In this document: positions 35,830 to 45,530 of the stretch, piece after piece
How the letters are laid out: each line of letters begins with the position of its first letter
How positions within the stretch are numbered: the stretch's first letter is position 1
UHGV virus genome: UHGV-0342645
DNA length: 59,919 nt
Strand: one strand, 5' to 3'
Source: a virus
Notes under the pieces: generated by a model
What the model was told of the DNA's origin: nothing
Databases searched by the model: none
Seen by the model: only the letters and a program-made list of their open reading frames with translations
Made by a program: the position numbers and the translations under genes

Positions 35830-37814
35830 TGCGGACAGATGCTATTGGTTTCTTTTGGCAGGACTTACCGCCTGAGCCAAAAGCAAAGAAAGAAAAAGTT
35901 AAACGTTTACCGCCGGAGCGCACTTGGGAGCGCCCGGATTATTTGCCCAATCTTGAGGAAGCGCGGAACTTCCAATACAACCTGTATACGCAGGACGAAC
36001 TTATTCAAGCATGGATTAACCGCGAACCGCTTGTATACGATATTGAATGTTATCCAAATTATTTCTTAATCGCGTTTCGCGGAGTACGGACTAAGAAAGT
36101 CGTCTACTTCGAAATGTATCACGGTTGTAGTTTGAATTGCTTGTTACTTAACTGGGTAATGACAAACTTCCTTATCGTAAGCTTTAACGGTAACGGGTAC
36201 GATATGCCCATTGCTACGCTTGCGCTTAACGGCTGCTCTAATGCTCAGCTTAAAGATGCAACCGATAAAATAATCGTGGAAGACTGGCGACCTTCCGATG
36301 TGTTGAAGAGTTACCGGCTTAAGCGTATGCAGAATGTTAACCACATTGATATTATGGAAGTTCTGCCTGGGTCCGGTGGTTTGAAACAATATGGCGGACG
36401 TGTACATACTCGCCGTATGCAGGATTTACCATTTAAGCCAAATACAATGTTGACGCAGGACCAGATGTTGATTGTACGCTGGTACTGTATTAACGACCTT
36501 GTACAGACAGAAGAATGTTTTATCGCATTACAAGAACCTTTGCACCTTCGTGAAATTATGTCGCAAGAATACGGTGTGGATCTGCGTTCACGTTCCGATG
36601 CACAGATCGCAGAAGACGTAATTAAGCACGAAATCCAAGCGTTAACTGGTGTGCGTCCGCAGCGCCCCCAAGTTTATCCTGGAACAAAGTATGCATACAA
36701 CATACCGGACTTCATTCGTTTTCAAACACCTCTAATGAATAGTGTTTTGGATATTGTTCGGGACTGTCGTTTTATTGTTAGCGATAACGGTGGTGTTAGC
36801 CTACCCCCAGCGTTAACAGGGCTTGAGATTAAGATCGCGGACGGTGTCTACCGTATGGGTATTGGCGGTTTGCACAGCTCTGAAGAATGTGCTGGTCACG
36901 GTAAAGAGCCAGGTATTAAGAAGCGGGACATTGACGTAACGTCCTATTACCCTTCTATTATTCTTAATCAGGGCTTGTATCCTGAGCAGTTGGGGCCAGC
37001 GTTTCTTCGTGTTTATAAAAGCATTGTAGACCGACGTATTGCAGCTAAGCACTCAGGGGACAAGAACACAGCCAATACGCTGAAGATCGTAATCAACGGA
37101 TCGTTCGGTAAATTGGGCTCAATGTGGTCCGTACTGTACGCTCCGCAATTATTGATACAAGTTACATTAACTGGACAGTTATCACTGTTGATGCTTATTG
37201 AAGCGTTTGAACTGAACGGCGTTAAAGTAATTTCAGCTAACACGGATGGTATTGTGGTTAAGTACCCTGACCACATGCAGGACTTCGTTGATAACATGAT
37301 CAAGTGGTGGGAGTCCGTGACAGGCTTTGAAATGGAATCCAACTACTATGACAAGCTGTACAGTGCTAACGTCAATAACTATGTTGCAGTAAAAGAACCT
37401 GATGAGGAAGGAAATGTTGAAATCAAACGTAAAGGCTGGTTCGCAAAAACAGGGCTTCAAAAGAACTGTACTGGTGAAATTATTATGGAAGCTGTATGTG
37501 AATGTTTGGCCCACGGTACGCCTGTTTCTCGTACTATACGCAATTGCAACGATATTAGAAAATTCATTATCCTACGTGCGGTGAAAGGCGGCGCAGTATG
37601 GAATGGCGAATTTTTGGGTAAGGTTGTACGCTGGTACTTAAGCACTAATGAAGAAACACCTGAAATAATCTATGCTAACTCGGGCAACCGTGTAGCTGGT
37701 AGTGCTGGAGGCGTACCGATCATGACGTTACCGGATAAAGTGCCGGACGATATAGATTATGACGCTTACATAGCTAAGGCTGAAAAGTATCTCGAAGACA
37801 TGGGATACGCCTAA
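35829..37814 (+). CDS. DNA polymerase
   Basis: Start refined to MRTDAIGFFWQ (TAATG overlap, GGAGA RBS). 661 aa with acidic motifs DIDVTSYYPSII and NTDG; family not assigned from sequence alone. Confidence 0.65.
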   Translation: MRTDAIGFFWQDLPPEPKAKKEKVKRLPPERTWERPDYLPNLEEARNFQYNLYTQDELIQAWINREPLVYDIECYPNYFLIAFRGVRTKKVVYFEMYHGCSLNCLLLNWVMTNFLIVSFNGNGYDMPIATLALNGCSNAQLKDATDKIIVEDWRPSDVLKSYRLKRMQNVNHIDIMEVLPGSGGLKQYGGRVHTRRMQDLPFKPNTMLTQDQMLIVRWYCINDLVQTEECFIALQEPLHLREIMSQEYGVDLRSRSDAQIAEDVIKHEIQALTGVRPQRPQVYPGTKYAYNIPDFIRFQTPLMNSVLDIVRDCRFIVSDNGGVSLPPALTGLEIKIADGVYRMGIGGLHSSEECAGHGKEPGIKKRDIDVTSYYPSIILNQGLYPEQLGPAFLRVYKSIVDRRIAAKHSGDKNTANTLKIVINGSFGKLGSMWSVLYAPQLLIQVTLTGQLSLLMLIEAFELNGVKVISANTDGIVVKYPDHMQDFVDNMIKWWESVTGFEMESNYYDKLYSANVNNYVAVKEPDEEGNVEIKRKGWFAKTGLQKNCTGEIIMEAVCECLAHGTPVSRTIRNCNDIRKFIILRAVKGGAVWNGEFLGKVVRWYLSTNEETPEIIYANSGNRVAGSAGGVPIMTLPDKVPDDIDYDAYIAKAEKYLEDMGYA

Positions 37815-37824
37815 ATTCTACTTG

Positions 37825-37847
37825 CAGACCCTTCGCGGGTCTGTTTT
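37825..37847 (+). terminator. intrinsic terminator (CAGACCC-TTCGC-GGGTCTG-TTTT)
   Basis: Hairpin plus U-tract after the stop at 37814. Confidence 0.6.
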
Positions 37848-37878
37848 AATATATGCATACAACAAGAGGAGATACAAA

Positions 37879-38163
37879 ATGAGCTTAGTAGACGATTACA
37901 ATAAAGGTAAAATTGATGCTGTGGAACTTAACCGTCAGCTTAATAAACAAAATGAAGAACGCAAACAAGGTAAATACCTTACAATGATTGTTGCGCTTAT
38001 CTTCACTGTTATTGGTGGATGTGTTTACGGCTACATTAACCACACTGTTGAAGTCGGCAACGAATGTCGCGCTAAATATCCAATTCACGTTGGTGTAACT
38101 CCACAGGAAGACATTGATGCGCTTCTTGAACTTCAAGCCTTATGTCGTAAAGGAAAAGCATAA
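37879..38163 (+). CDS. small membrane-anchored protein
   Basis: Start refined to MSLVDDYNKG (RBS AAGAGGAGA); one TM segment. Confidence 0.45.
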   Translation: MSLVDDYNKGKIDAVELNRQLNKQNEERKQGKYLTMIVALIFTVIGGCVYGYINHTVEVGNECRAKYPIHVGVTPQEDIDALLELQALCRKGKA

Positions 38164-38456
38164 TGAAACGTTTATTACTCGTAACTTTGATGATAGCGCC
38201 TACGGTCCAAGCTGTAGACTTAAAGGAAGCAACAAAGAAATTATGCCAAGACCATCCTATTAGGGTACAATGTGAACAACTTGTATCCAGTATGTTGACG
38301 CATTCTTACGTGATGGGTCAAACTCAAATTGGATGTGAGTTAGGTATTATTGATGCGTGCAAAGCGGCGCGTACCAATAAACATTTTGAAAAGAACGCAC
38401 GTTGGCTGGAGCAGCGCATTAGAGCCCTTGATCATAGGGGTACTTTTGGGGGTTAG
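38163..38456 (+). CDS. secreted small protein with signal peptide (MKRLLLVTLMIAPTVQA)
   Basis: 97 aa; N-terminal signal peptide and four Cys. Confidence 0.45.
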   Translation: MKRLLLVTLMIAPTVQAVDLKEATKKLCQDHPIRVQCEQLVSSMLTHSYVMGQTQIGCELGIIDACKAARTNKHFEKNARWLEQRIRALDHRGTFGG

Positions 38457-38488
38457 CCGCGTGTAAAACCTTAAAGGGGTACATTAGC

Positions 38489-38695
38489 ATGGCTGGTAAA
38501 GAAAAGAGCGTAGCAAGCGATTTAGGTGCGGATGTAGTAGGTCGCGAACCGTGGCAACATGGTGACAAACCAGTAGTTTACATTCACGTCTATTACTGGA
38601 ATAATATGACCGCGGAGCAACAAGAAGCGTTAAAGGTTTTAGCCGACGTTATTGTTGTTCCAGATGAGGTATCACCGGAAACACCGGAAGCGTAA
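38489..38695 (+). CDS. hypothetical small protein
   Basis: 68 aa acidic ORF. Confidence 0.4.
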   Translation: MAGKEKSVASDLGADVVGREPWQHGDKPVVYIHVYYWNNMTAEQQEALKVLADVIVVPDEVSPETPEA

Positions 38696-38701
38696 TAAAA
38701 T

Positions 38702-38727
38702 AATACCCGCGTTCGCGCGGGTATTTA
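38702..38727 (+). terminator. terminator-like hairpin (AATACCCGCG-TTCG-CGCGGGTATT)
   Basis: Perfect 10-bp stem after the stop at 38695; weak U-tract. Confidence 0.4.
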
Positions 38728-38731
38728 AGGA

Positions 38732-38926
38732 GTGAATATGGCTAGAGCAGCAAAAGGTTACAGACAGACTTTTAAGCTAATTGGTGGACCGTGGGACGGG
38801 CAAAAGGTGCAACTATATAGCGCCGGAACGCTGGAGTTCTCAGTGAAAAGCTTCGATCCACGTCCAGGGCGCTATGTATCCGCGGGTAATGCTTATAATC
38901 TAATTTGGGAGTTTACCGATGAGTGA
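38732..38926 (+). CDS. hypothetical small protein
   Basis: 64 aa; AAGGAG RBS. Confidence 0.4.
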   Translation: MNMARAAKGYRQTFKLIGGPWDGQKVQLYSAGTLEFSVKSFDPRPGRYVSAGNAYNLIWEFTDE

Positions 38927-39125
38927 GTATGTGGTTATGTATTTTGTAATTGGCGCAATTGTTGCAGCAATGACTTATTGCTTCTGTTGGGATAACTATG
39001 ATTATGCAATAGCTCATAAGAAACGTTGGGAGAAGATTGTAAGTCTTCTATGTATACTCGCTTGCTGGCCGGTCACTATTATTGCGACTGCTTATGATCA
39101 ATACATGTACAGGAGACGCAAATGA
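38919..39125 (+). CDS. small membrane protein (1-2 TM)
   Basis: 68 aa; hydrophobic YFVIGAIVAAMTY and ILACWPVTIIATAY. Confidence 0.4.
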   Translation: MSEYVVMYFVIGAIVAAMTYCFCWDNYDYAIAHKKRWEKIVSLLCILACWPVTIIATAYDQYMYRRRK

Positions 39126-39403
39126 TGGAATATCTATTAGTTGTCGTTGCGCTATTTCTAATCATTGTTGTTATAATGACCGGAGATAGTAATGAGAAGG
39201 GCTTTACAGCAATGAGCAGGGCGTTATTACGCGCCCTTGCTGTTGCACTGCTTGGGACAAGTTTTGCTATGGCGTTTGGGGTTGTGGAGATCCCTAGCAC
39301 CTATTACGGTTTTGTTAAAGTTCAACATCAACTCACTTATGCTACCGTCGTCGGATTGGGTGCTGTAACACTTGCAATCCTGTCAGCTTTTCATAAGCGT
39401 TAA
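39122..39403 (+). CDS. small membrane protein (3 predicted TM), holin-like topology
   Basis: 93 aa; last gene of the plus-strand block. Confidence 0.4.
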   Translation: MMEYLLVVVALFLIIVVIMTGDSNEKGFTAMSRALLRALAVALLGTSFAMAFGVVEIPSTYYGFVKVQHQLTYATVVGLGAVTLAILSAFHKR

Positions 39404-39431
39404 AGAAAGGGCGTTTGCCCCTTTTCTCTTC

Positions 39432-39635
39432 TTAGAATATACGAAAGAAAGAACCGTATGGGTATACGCCAAAAGTATTGAAAACAGGCGGTGCAAAAGC
39501 ATTCACAAACACAGGAGTTGGCGCTACTGGTTGAAAAGTTTTGCAATTACACGCCGCTTGAGCCAATTGTCCCTGAAGTATACCTGCTTGTGTTGCAGGA
39601 CTGCCTAGACAGCAACGGTTAGTATTACCACACAT
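39432..39635 (-). CDS. Cys-rich 67-aa small protein (MCGNTNRCCLGSPATQAG...CNC...)
   Basis: Strong RBS AAGGAGG 7 nt upstream of the ATG; last gene of the minus late block, abutting the convergent terminator region. Confidence 0.4.
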   Translation of the reverse strand: MCGNTNRCCLGSPATQAGILQGQLAQAACNCKTFQPVAPTPVFVNAFAPPVFNTFGVYPYGSFFRIF

Positions 39636-39646
39636 AGTAGACCTCC

Positions 39647-39931
39647 TTAAAGGTCGCTTTCGTTATCCTGCTTGGAACTGGGCTTTTCAGATTCAATCAT
39701 TCCAAGTACCGCAATAACTTTAACAGCAATACGCTGAGCCAGACTGATTTGCTGCTGGGTTAATTTTCCGGTCGACACCACAGTCATTAACCCGCTCAAG
39801 TTTCCAAGAGACTTGAAATCGCTGAATGCTGATTTCATAATACTAAGTTGATCATGACCTTCATCAGCTATAACATGAGCACGAATAGAAAGTCCTTCAA
39901 CAACTTTATCAATACCTTCATTCTTCGTCAT
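39647..39931 (-). CDS. hypothetical protein
   Basis: 94 aa. Confidence 0.45.
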   Translation of the reverse strand: MTKNEGIDKVVEGLSIRAHVIADEGHDQLSIMKSAFSDFKSLGNLSGLMTVVSTGKLTQQQISLAQRIAVKVIAVLGMIESEKPSSKQDNESDL

Positions 39932-40448
39932 TTGGTTTTACCTTCTGCTCCGGTTTCTGAGGGACCGTTTGAGCGGTCTTTGGCTGCAACACTTCCTGAT
40001 CAATCATTGGTGGCCACGGACTAATATGTTCCCGGGCTTCTACAGGTTGCTCCGGTTGCACGCCAAGAAACTTATTAATAAAATCACCTGCAAAGTCTGT
40101 ACCATCGCTGACATAAACGTGCATACGATCAAGATCAGACTGACTAATGGAGTTTGGAGCGATCGTGATTTTAAACTGGTGGAAGCCGACATACATCACA
40201 TTCACGGGTCGTTCGATAGTGCCCGGCGTAGGCGGTATCACTCCCATAATCCAACAGTAATGAACCCTTCCATCACCCATAGGTTCACAGCCAGCATTAA
40301 GCCAGCTAACCTTCTGGTGTGGGAACATGGTAGTTGAATCGGTAGCGTCCCGACGTAACGTCCAATCAACACCGCCCATGTTGATGGAGTTTTTCGGTTT
40401 CATCCCGTTGAACTGGGTTACGCCCATTCCTGCGTTTACGTTTTGCAT
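39918..40448 (-). CDS. hypothetical protein
   Basis: 176 aa. Confidence 0.45.
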   Translation of the reverse strand: MQNVNAGMGVTQFNGMKPKNSINMGGVDWTLRRDATDSTTMFPHQKVSWLNAGCEPMGDGRVHYCWIMGVIPPTPGTIERPVNVMYVGFHQFKITIAPNSISQSDLDRMHVYVSDGTDFAGDFINKFLGVQPEQPVEAREHISPWPPMIDQEVLQPKTAQTVPQKPEQKVKPNDEE

Positions 40449-40463
40449 GTCGGCTTCCTATTA

Positions 40464-40832
40464 TTACATATCTTTCATTTTTTGAAGAGCGCAAGTACAA
40501 GCTGCGGCAAGATCAGTCAACTCTTTCATGATCCCTGCGCGGTCGCCTTCTTTCTTACACTCCATTAATTCGCGGTATTCCATTTCAACAATGGACATCA
40601 TACCGCCGGGCTTGTCGTGGTACGCCGCCCACGTATGCGGAGGTTCTTCCATCCGGTCAAGAACATTTGACATAGCTGCCATATGTTCATGATCTCGAGC
40701 ATAAGAGTGAGCATGTTTATATTCCTCTTTCTCATGTTCATGGTGGTGCTCACCTACGCTAATTCGAGGTAAAGCAACCTTAGGCAATTTGACCCGTGGC
40801 ATTCCCATCGTTGCAATTTTAATGTGGCTCAT
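40464..40832 (-). CDS. His-rich small protein, possibly a MazG-like NTP pyrophosphohydrolase (weak)
   Basis: HHHEHEKEEYKHAH stretch; acidic helix EMEYRELMECKKEGD reminiscent of MazG EExxE motifs. Confidence 0.3.
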   Translation of the reverse strand: MSHIKIATMGMPRVKLPKVALPRISVGEHHHEHEKEEYKHAHSYARDHEHMAAMSNVLDRMEEPPHTWAAYHDKPGGMMSIVEMEYRELMECKKEGDRAGIMKELTDLAAACTCALQKMKDM

Positions 40833-40903
40833 GATAGTACCTCTGTTAAAAGCGCCCCAAGCGGAGGAGCGAAAGGCGCTTTAGTTTAACCACACTTCAA
40901 CGA

Positions 40904-41611
40904 TTAGCAGCAGCCAGTCGGAGGAGTCGGAGGGGTTGGCAGCTTAAAATTGACCAGATCATAAACCTGATCAATTTCGCAGCGAAGCTTAGCGGTCTGT
41001 GCCAGCTGGGAGTTCTGGAAGCGCGATTCCTGCAACTGAGACTTCAGGTCGCAGATAAGAACTGCTTGCGCCTGTGCGTGCTGGTCACGGATCAGCGCAC
41101 GGGTAGCTTCAGCTTGACGCTCGATGTTCAGGTTGGTTTCGCAGCAACACTTCTGAGCTTCTAACTGTGCTTGGAAAGAACGGGTGATGTTAGCCGCTTC
41201 GTTGCTACACAGAGCCGCGAGCACTTGGCTGGTGCCACCCTGAATCTGAGTGTTCAGACCGGCAAAGCCCTGAACGGAAGCCAGCAGGTTCTGAGTGTTC
41301 TGCTGAGTGATGCCATTATAGGTAGAAGCAGCGGAGCGCTCAACAGTCAGGTTAGTACCGTTCTGCCCCTGAATGGTCTGAAGAATGCCGTTGTTGATAG
41401 CTTGCAGAATTGCGTTGGTGTCAACAGAAGCTTGCACTTCTACCGGACCAGCGAAGTTACCGCGACCACCCCAACCACCATTGCCACCCCAACCATTACC
41501 GATCCAGGAACCAATTAAGCCACCGATGGCGCCACCGATACCAGCCGCACCAGCTTCACCGCCGAAGCCATCGCCACCGAGATTAGTAGGTAAAAGAGTC
41601 ATGTCAGACAT
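40904..41611 (-). CDS. Gly-rich / Gln-Asn-rich protein with Cys-rich C-terminus (virion or lysis-associated?)
   Basis: Start refined to MSDMTLLPTNLGG (GGAGA RBS). About 90 aa of GG/GW repeats, then a Q/N-rich predicted helical domain, ending CCC...PTPPTPPTGCC. Confidence 0.45.
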   Translation of the reverse strand: MSDMTLLPTNLGGDGFGGEAGAAGIGGAIGGLIGSWIGNGWGGNGGWGGRGNFAGPVEVQASVDTNAILQAINNGILQTIQGQNGTNLTVERSAASTYNGITQQNTQNLLASVQGFAGLNTQIQGGTSQVLAALCSNEAANITRSFQAQLEAQKCCCETNLNIERQAEATRALIRDQHAQAQAVLICDLKSQLQESRFQNSQLAQTAKLRCEIDQVYDLVNFKLPTPPTPPTGCC

Positions 41612-41782
41612 AGGAAAATCTCCATATATGGATTTGTTAAGCGGATGTAACCAACTGGTTACGAAGTAAAGCATACCCCTTAACATGCTTTTTACAATGA
41701 TCCATATGTAAAGATTTTGTAAATTAGGATTGACAGCCAATAAAAAGCGCGCCCGAAGACGCGCTGTTGAAGTCAGATGTGG

Positions 41783-42763
41783 TTATGGGAGAAGTTGCTC
41801 CGGTTGCTTGTTAATGAGCGTTGCTACTAGTTTTTTAAGATCTTCAACTTCTGTCTCAAGCTTAGTAATGCGATCGTCAGTTTCACGACATACCTGAACA
41901 AGCAGACCAACAATACCAGAATAGTTAACGGTAAGATAACGCGTCCCTATTTCCTTATCTTCTTCAGTGTAAACTGTCATCCCACCAACTGCTTCCGGCA
42001 ATGCTTCCATAACCTCTTGTGCGATCACACCAGAATAAGGCATTCTATCAGATTTAAGGGTATATGTGTATCCGTACATCTTGCGCAGCTTTTCGGTGGC
42101 ATTAGCGATGATTTCAATATCGGTTTTCAAGTCTCGGTCAGATCCCGCACTTACGTTATTTGCTATAATATTTCCATTTACATGAAACTCTCTTGAATTA
42201 TCACTATTACGCTGCATATAGAAGCCATAACCATTACTCCAGCTGTATTCAAATACGTCCGCACGTGTCCCGGAACCCCACATATTCAAACGACCATCCA
42301 TTGACGCTGTGCCATCATTTGCAATACGAAAACGTCTTGTGCTAAGATTTTGTTTCGGCGGAATTACAATTTCGCCATTATCATTAAAATCGTAATATAT
42401 TGAGTCACCGGCAGCGTTAACAACATTAATACGCGCGTTTATAACTCCGTCAGATCTAACCCGCACCATTTCCAGTGACGAAGCATATGTTTTTCCATCA
42501 ATATCTATACCTTGAGAGATTAATTTATAACCTGTCCCGAAGTTGCTAGATGAATCGGTCTGCTGATTCTGCGGTCGCTGTGCTGTCCAATCAGTATTCA
42601 CAATCTCCCGTGTTTCCAAGTTACCAACTTCGGACTTTAGAGTTGACACATCGGACTTCAACGTGGAGGTATCTTGCGTTAATGTTGATACTTCTCCGTT
42701 TATTGCTTCAACGTCAGTTTTAAGTTTGGTTATATCTGTTGGTATAACGGTCTTAGTCACCAT
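41783..42763 (-). CDS. tail fibre/spike protein with C-terminal S74-type intramolecular chaperone (self-cleaving) domain
   Basis: C-terminal SDRDLKTDIEIIANATEKLRKMYGYTY matches the S74 chaperone-domain signature of endosialidase-type fibres. Confidence 0.6.
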   Translation of the reverse strand: MVTKTVIPTDITKLKTDVEAINGEVSTLTQDTSTLKSDVSTLKSEVGNLETREIVNTDWTAQRPQNQQTDSSSNFGTGYKLISQGIDIDGKTYASSLEMVRVRSDGVINARINVVNAAGDSIYYDFNDNGEIVIPPKQNLSTRRFRIANDGTASMDGRLNMWGSGTRADVFEYSWSNGYGFYMQRNSDNSREFHVNGNIIANNVSAGSDRDLKTDIEIIANATEKLRKMYGYTYTLKSDRMPYSGVIAQEVMEALPEAVGGMTVYTEEDKEIGTRYLTVNYSGIVGLLVQVCRETDDRITKLETEVEDLKKLVATLINKQPEQLLP

Positions 42764-42772
42764 AACTACTCC

Positions 42773-43048
42773 TTAAGCCCATTCTCTTAGAGGTTGATCA
42801 AGAATAACACTGTGGTTACTGTACTGGGTAAAATCAAATGAGTCATCAATAACTCTTACGTTTACATAATATCCTTCATTTTGAATATATGTTGGTTCGT
42901 CTGATAGACTTTCAACTTCTGTATAGGTGTAGCCTATTACGTCAAGTAAAATCTGGTTTTGCAAAGTTTCATTGTATTCCCAATCAATAACCACAAGGAA
43001 ATCTTCAAATGCTTTCTTATCCTTAAATTTCATCGTTAAGTCTTTCAT
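42773..43048 (-). CDS. hypothetical small protein (fibre-associated?)
   Basis: 91 aa between the two fibre genes. Confidence 0.4.
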   Translation of the reverse strand: MKDLTMKFKDKKAFEDFLVVIDWEYNETLQNQILLDVIGYTYTEVESLSDEPTYIQNEGYYVNVRVIDDSFDFTQYSNHSVILDQPLREWA

Positions 43049-45195
43049 ACAGACTCCTTCATTTGACGATCTGTTAATTCTTTATGCCAGATTCTAAAGT
43101 TACGAATGTGACCGAAAAGATGACGTAGGCCGCTATTATTCTGCCCGCCAATCCTGAAGAAATAACCAGATTTAACACCGACATGATCCGTGGTTTTAGG
43201 AGTCCCATGCTGGGCATTGCTAACGAAATGCACATTACCAGATTCATTTAAAACAAATCCAAGAACAGATTTTTGTTCAAATAATACTGGCGATACGGCA
43301 ACTACTGTACTACCGTCTTTATTGTACATCGTAACACTAGGAAATAATGTTGAACTAATAGCAACACTTATATATTGACCCGGAGTTGTGCTCCCACCAC
43401 TGGTATCAAAAATTCGTGGTGCTGCATTTGGCGTTTCGTTCCAGTTTGTATGAACTTCAGCTAGAAATGTTAAAGGTGGTGTACCGATATTGTTATTTGT
43501 TGGTATATTCACCATATCACTGGCTCTTGTGACTGGCGTTTCCTCAGTAATAATAAACGAAGAAGCGCACGAACCGCCTTCGAGCTGAGGAGTTGCAACA
43601 TAAATATAATCATCTGCGCCAGTGCTTCCCCCTTTTGGTGGTGCATATTGCACCATCGCACCGATCATATTTTCTGTATCAAGTGCCTTAATTGTTGCCT
43701 CAAAGAAAATCCATTTGCTTGCTTCATTTTTAACAGCCCTTGCAGTAATACGACTTGCATCGCCGCCAGTTTTATCAATCGATAAATCTGTCATATTTAA
43801 GAAAGCATCACCCACGAATTTGTGGGTAGATCCATCATATTCTTCAAATCGTAATCGACATCTTAAATTTGGAGTCCCACTTTGTACCCTGCATGAGATA
43901 GTTACATACTTTTCATCGCCGGTAACATCATATCCTTTGCTTCCAGATACTGTGACAATAGAAAGGGATGAGGTTTGCCCCACCATTTCTGGTTTTAATG
44001 TGAATTTTGCGTACTGGAAACCAAAATCATCTACACCTGATGTATTTAAAATCATATTTGATGACTTGTTCCACTTTGATGGATTTGTGCTATTTATTAA
44101 CAGGTTTGTACGCTGCCCTTCAATCAGCAATCCATACTTTTCAAAGCGAGGTTCATCGATTGCAGCCTCTGTCAGCACACCAGATTTATTAATGTAAGTT
44201 GCTTTTGATGCACGTTTAAACTTAACAATCTTGTCACCAGGCATTGTAATTTCATCGTCATCAATTACAATCTTTTTATATGAAGGCGAAAAGCCCGTAA
44301 TCATATCTAGAGAATCGTTAAACGGTATCCACACATCAGGTAACGGCTGAATTTCTGGTGCATTGTTGGCAGCAGATTCCGCACGGTCAGCTTCCGTCTT
44401 TGCACGGTCCGCGTCGTTTTTAGCTGCGGTTGCGCTTGTGCTTGCGTTACCTGCTTGTTTTCCGGCTTCGGTAGCACTATTACCCGCTTCCGTAGCAGAA
44501 GCAGCGGCAGCGTCTTTTAAAGCGGTAGTTTCGGACACAGCGGCATCTTTAATTGCTTGCGTCTCACTTACTGCATTGTTCTTAATAGTCTGTGTATTGG
44601 ACTTTAACTTTTCAACATCCTTTTTGAGATTTGTTATTGTGGTTACAGCTTGTGTTGCAGTGTTGGCGGAACCAGCAGCACCTGCTTGTGCTTGTTTAGC
44701 TGCATCCGCGTTGGCCTTAGAATCATTCTTGTAAGTTAATGCTTGACTTGCTGAGGTTGCAGCCGCCGCTTTACTGTTACGTGCGTCCGTAGCGTCTGCG
44801 TTTGCTGCCGCAGCAGAACGTCCAGCTTGTAACGCATATTCCTCAGAGTTAGCCACAAGTCGCTGGACTTGCTTAATAACGTCCGGTGTCAACTGTTCCG
44901 GAGCCCAGTTAATCAAATAGCCGTTGAGCGAACCTTCAGGACTATCGCCATAAATAACAATTTCACCCGCTTTATAAGGCTCAATACCCTGCGGACCAAT
45001 GATCACCTTATAATGGCCTGTTTGTACGGTTACATTGTACGCACCTTCCCCGTCTGTGCGGAATATTGCTTCACTTCCGTTCAATACCGTAATTGTATTT
45101 CCTTTTGCAATAAGCGCAACCGTAGCGTTGATAATTGGCTTATTCAAACCATCCAGCAAGATACCGTGCAAGCGCGTAGCCATAATTTCTCCCAC
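43045..45195 (-). CDS. side tail fibre / receptor-binding protein
   Basis: 716 aa; Ala-rich coiled-coil shaft (AATSASQALTYKNDSKANADAAKQAQAGAAG...), C-terminal beta-rich domain. Confidence 0.65.
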   Translation of the reverse strand: MGEIMATRLHGILLDGLNKPIINATVALIAKGNTITVLNGSEAIFRTDGEGAYNVTVQTGHYKVIIGPQGIEPYKAGEIVIYGDSPEGSLNGYLINWAPEQLTPDVIKQVQRLVANSEEYALQAGRSAAAANADATDARNSKAAAATSASQALTYKNDSKANADAAKQAQAGAAGSANTATQAVTTITNLKKDVEKLKSNTQTIKNNAVSETQAIKDAAVSETTALKDAAAASATEAGNSATEAGKQAGNASTSATAAKNDADRAKTEADRAESAANNAPEIQPLPDVWIPFNDSLDMITGFSPSYKKIVIDDDEITMPGDKIVKFKRASKATYINKSGVLTEAAIDEPRFEKYGLLIEGQRTNLLINSTNPSKWNKSSNMILNTSGVDDFGFQYAKFTLKPEMVGQTSSLSIVTVSGSKGYDVTGDEKYVTISCRVQSGTPNLRCRLRFEEYDGSTHKFVGDAFLNMTDLSIDKTGGDASRITARAVKNEASKWIFFEATIKALDTENMIGAMVQYAPPKGGSTGADDYIYVATPQLEGGSCASSFIITEETPVTRASDMVNIPTNNNIGTPPLTFLAEVHTNWNETPNAAPRIFDTSGGSTTPGQYISVAISSTLFPSVTMYNKDGSTVVAVSPVLFEQKSVLGFVLNESGNVHFVSNAQHGTPKTTDHVGVKSGYFFRIGGQNNSGLRHLFGHIRNFRIWHKELTDRQMKESV

Positions 45196-45266
45196 ATTTA
45201 ATTGACTTACTCAACCTAACAAGTATATTAAACTTGAACCTTGACAACAACCTAAAAGGAGTCCCG

Positions 45267-45500
45267 ATGAAACGTTCTATTGTAATTTTAGCATTAACAT
45301 TTCTGTTAGCTGCTTGCGGTACTGGTCTGGACACAGGAAAGCCTAATTCCGGTGTTATTCCAAAACCTTTAGACCGTGACGGTAACGGTTCTTTAATCTA
45401 TGATACCGAAAAACTTCCAATGACTGGGCAATGGTGTCATGAGATTGATCACGAGTACCGACGAATTGGTAGTCCTTCCAACTGTGTTATAGATTACTAA
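45267..45500 (+). CDS. Cor/Llp-like superinfection-exclusion lipoprotein (candidate)
   Basis: Start refined to MKRSIVILALTFLLAACGT (signal peptide plus lipobox LAA|C), AAAGGAG RBS; 77 aa. Encoded on the opposite strand between tail-fibre and tail-tip genes, like cor/llp in T1/T5/phi80-type phages. Confidence 0.5.
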   Translation: MKRSIVILALTFLLAACGTGLDTGKPNSGVIPKPLDRDGNGSLIYDTEKLPMTGQWCHEIDHEYRRIGSPSNCVIDY

Positions 45501-45505
45501 AAATT

Positions 45506-45530
45506 ACCCCGCATTAGCGGGGTTTTGTTT
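45506..45530. terminator. bidirectional intrinsic terminator (CCCCGC-ATTA-GCGGGG-TTTTGTTT)
   Basis: After the plus-strand stop at 45500 and the minus-strand stop at 45529. Confidence 0.55.

Noticed and set aside
35829-37814. Assigning the DNA polymerase to family A or family B
   Set aside because: The motifs seen (DIDVTSYYPSII, NTDG) do not cleanly match either PolA motif A/C or PolB YGDTDS from memory. The family is left open pending a profile search.
44363-44734. Ala-rich 123-aa plus-strand ORF antisense to the tail-fibre gene
   Set aside because: Mirror-image ORF from the GCN-rich (Ala-coding) region of the fibre gene; no RBS. The same applies to 27729..28213 minus, antisense to the Ala/Lys-rich gene.
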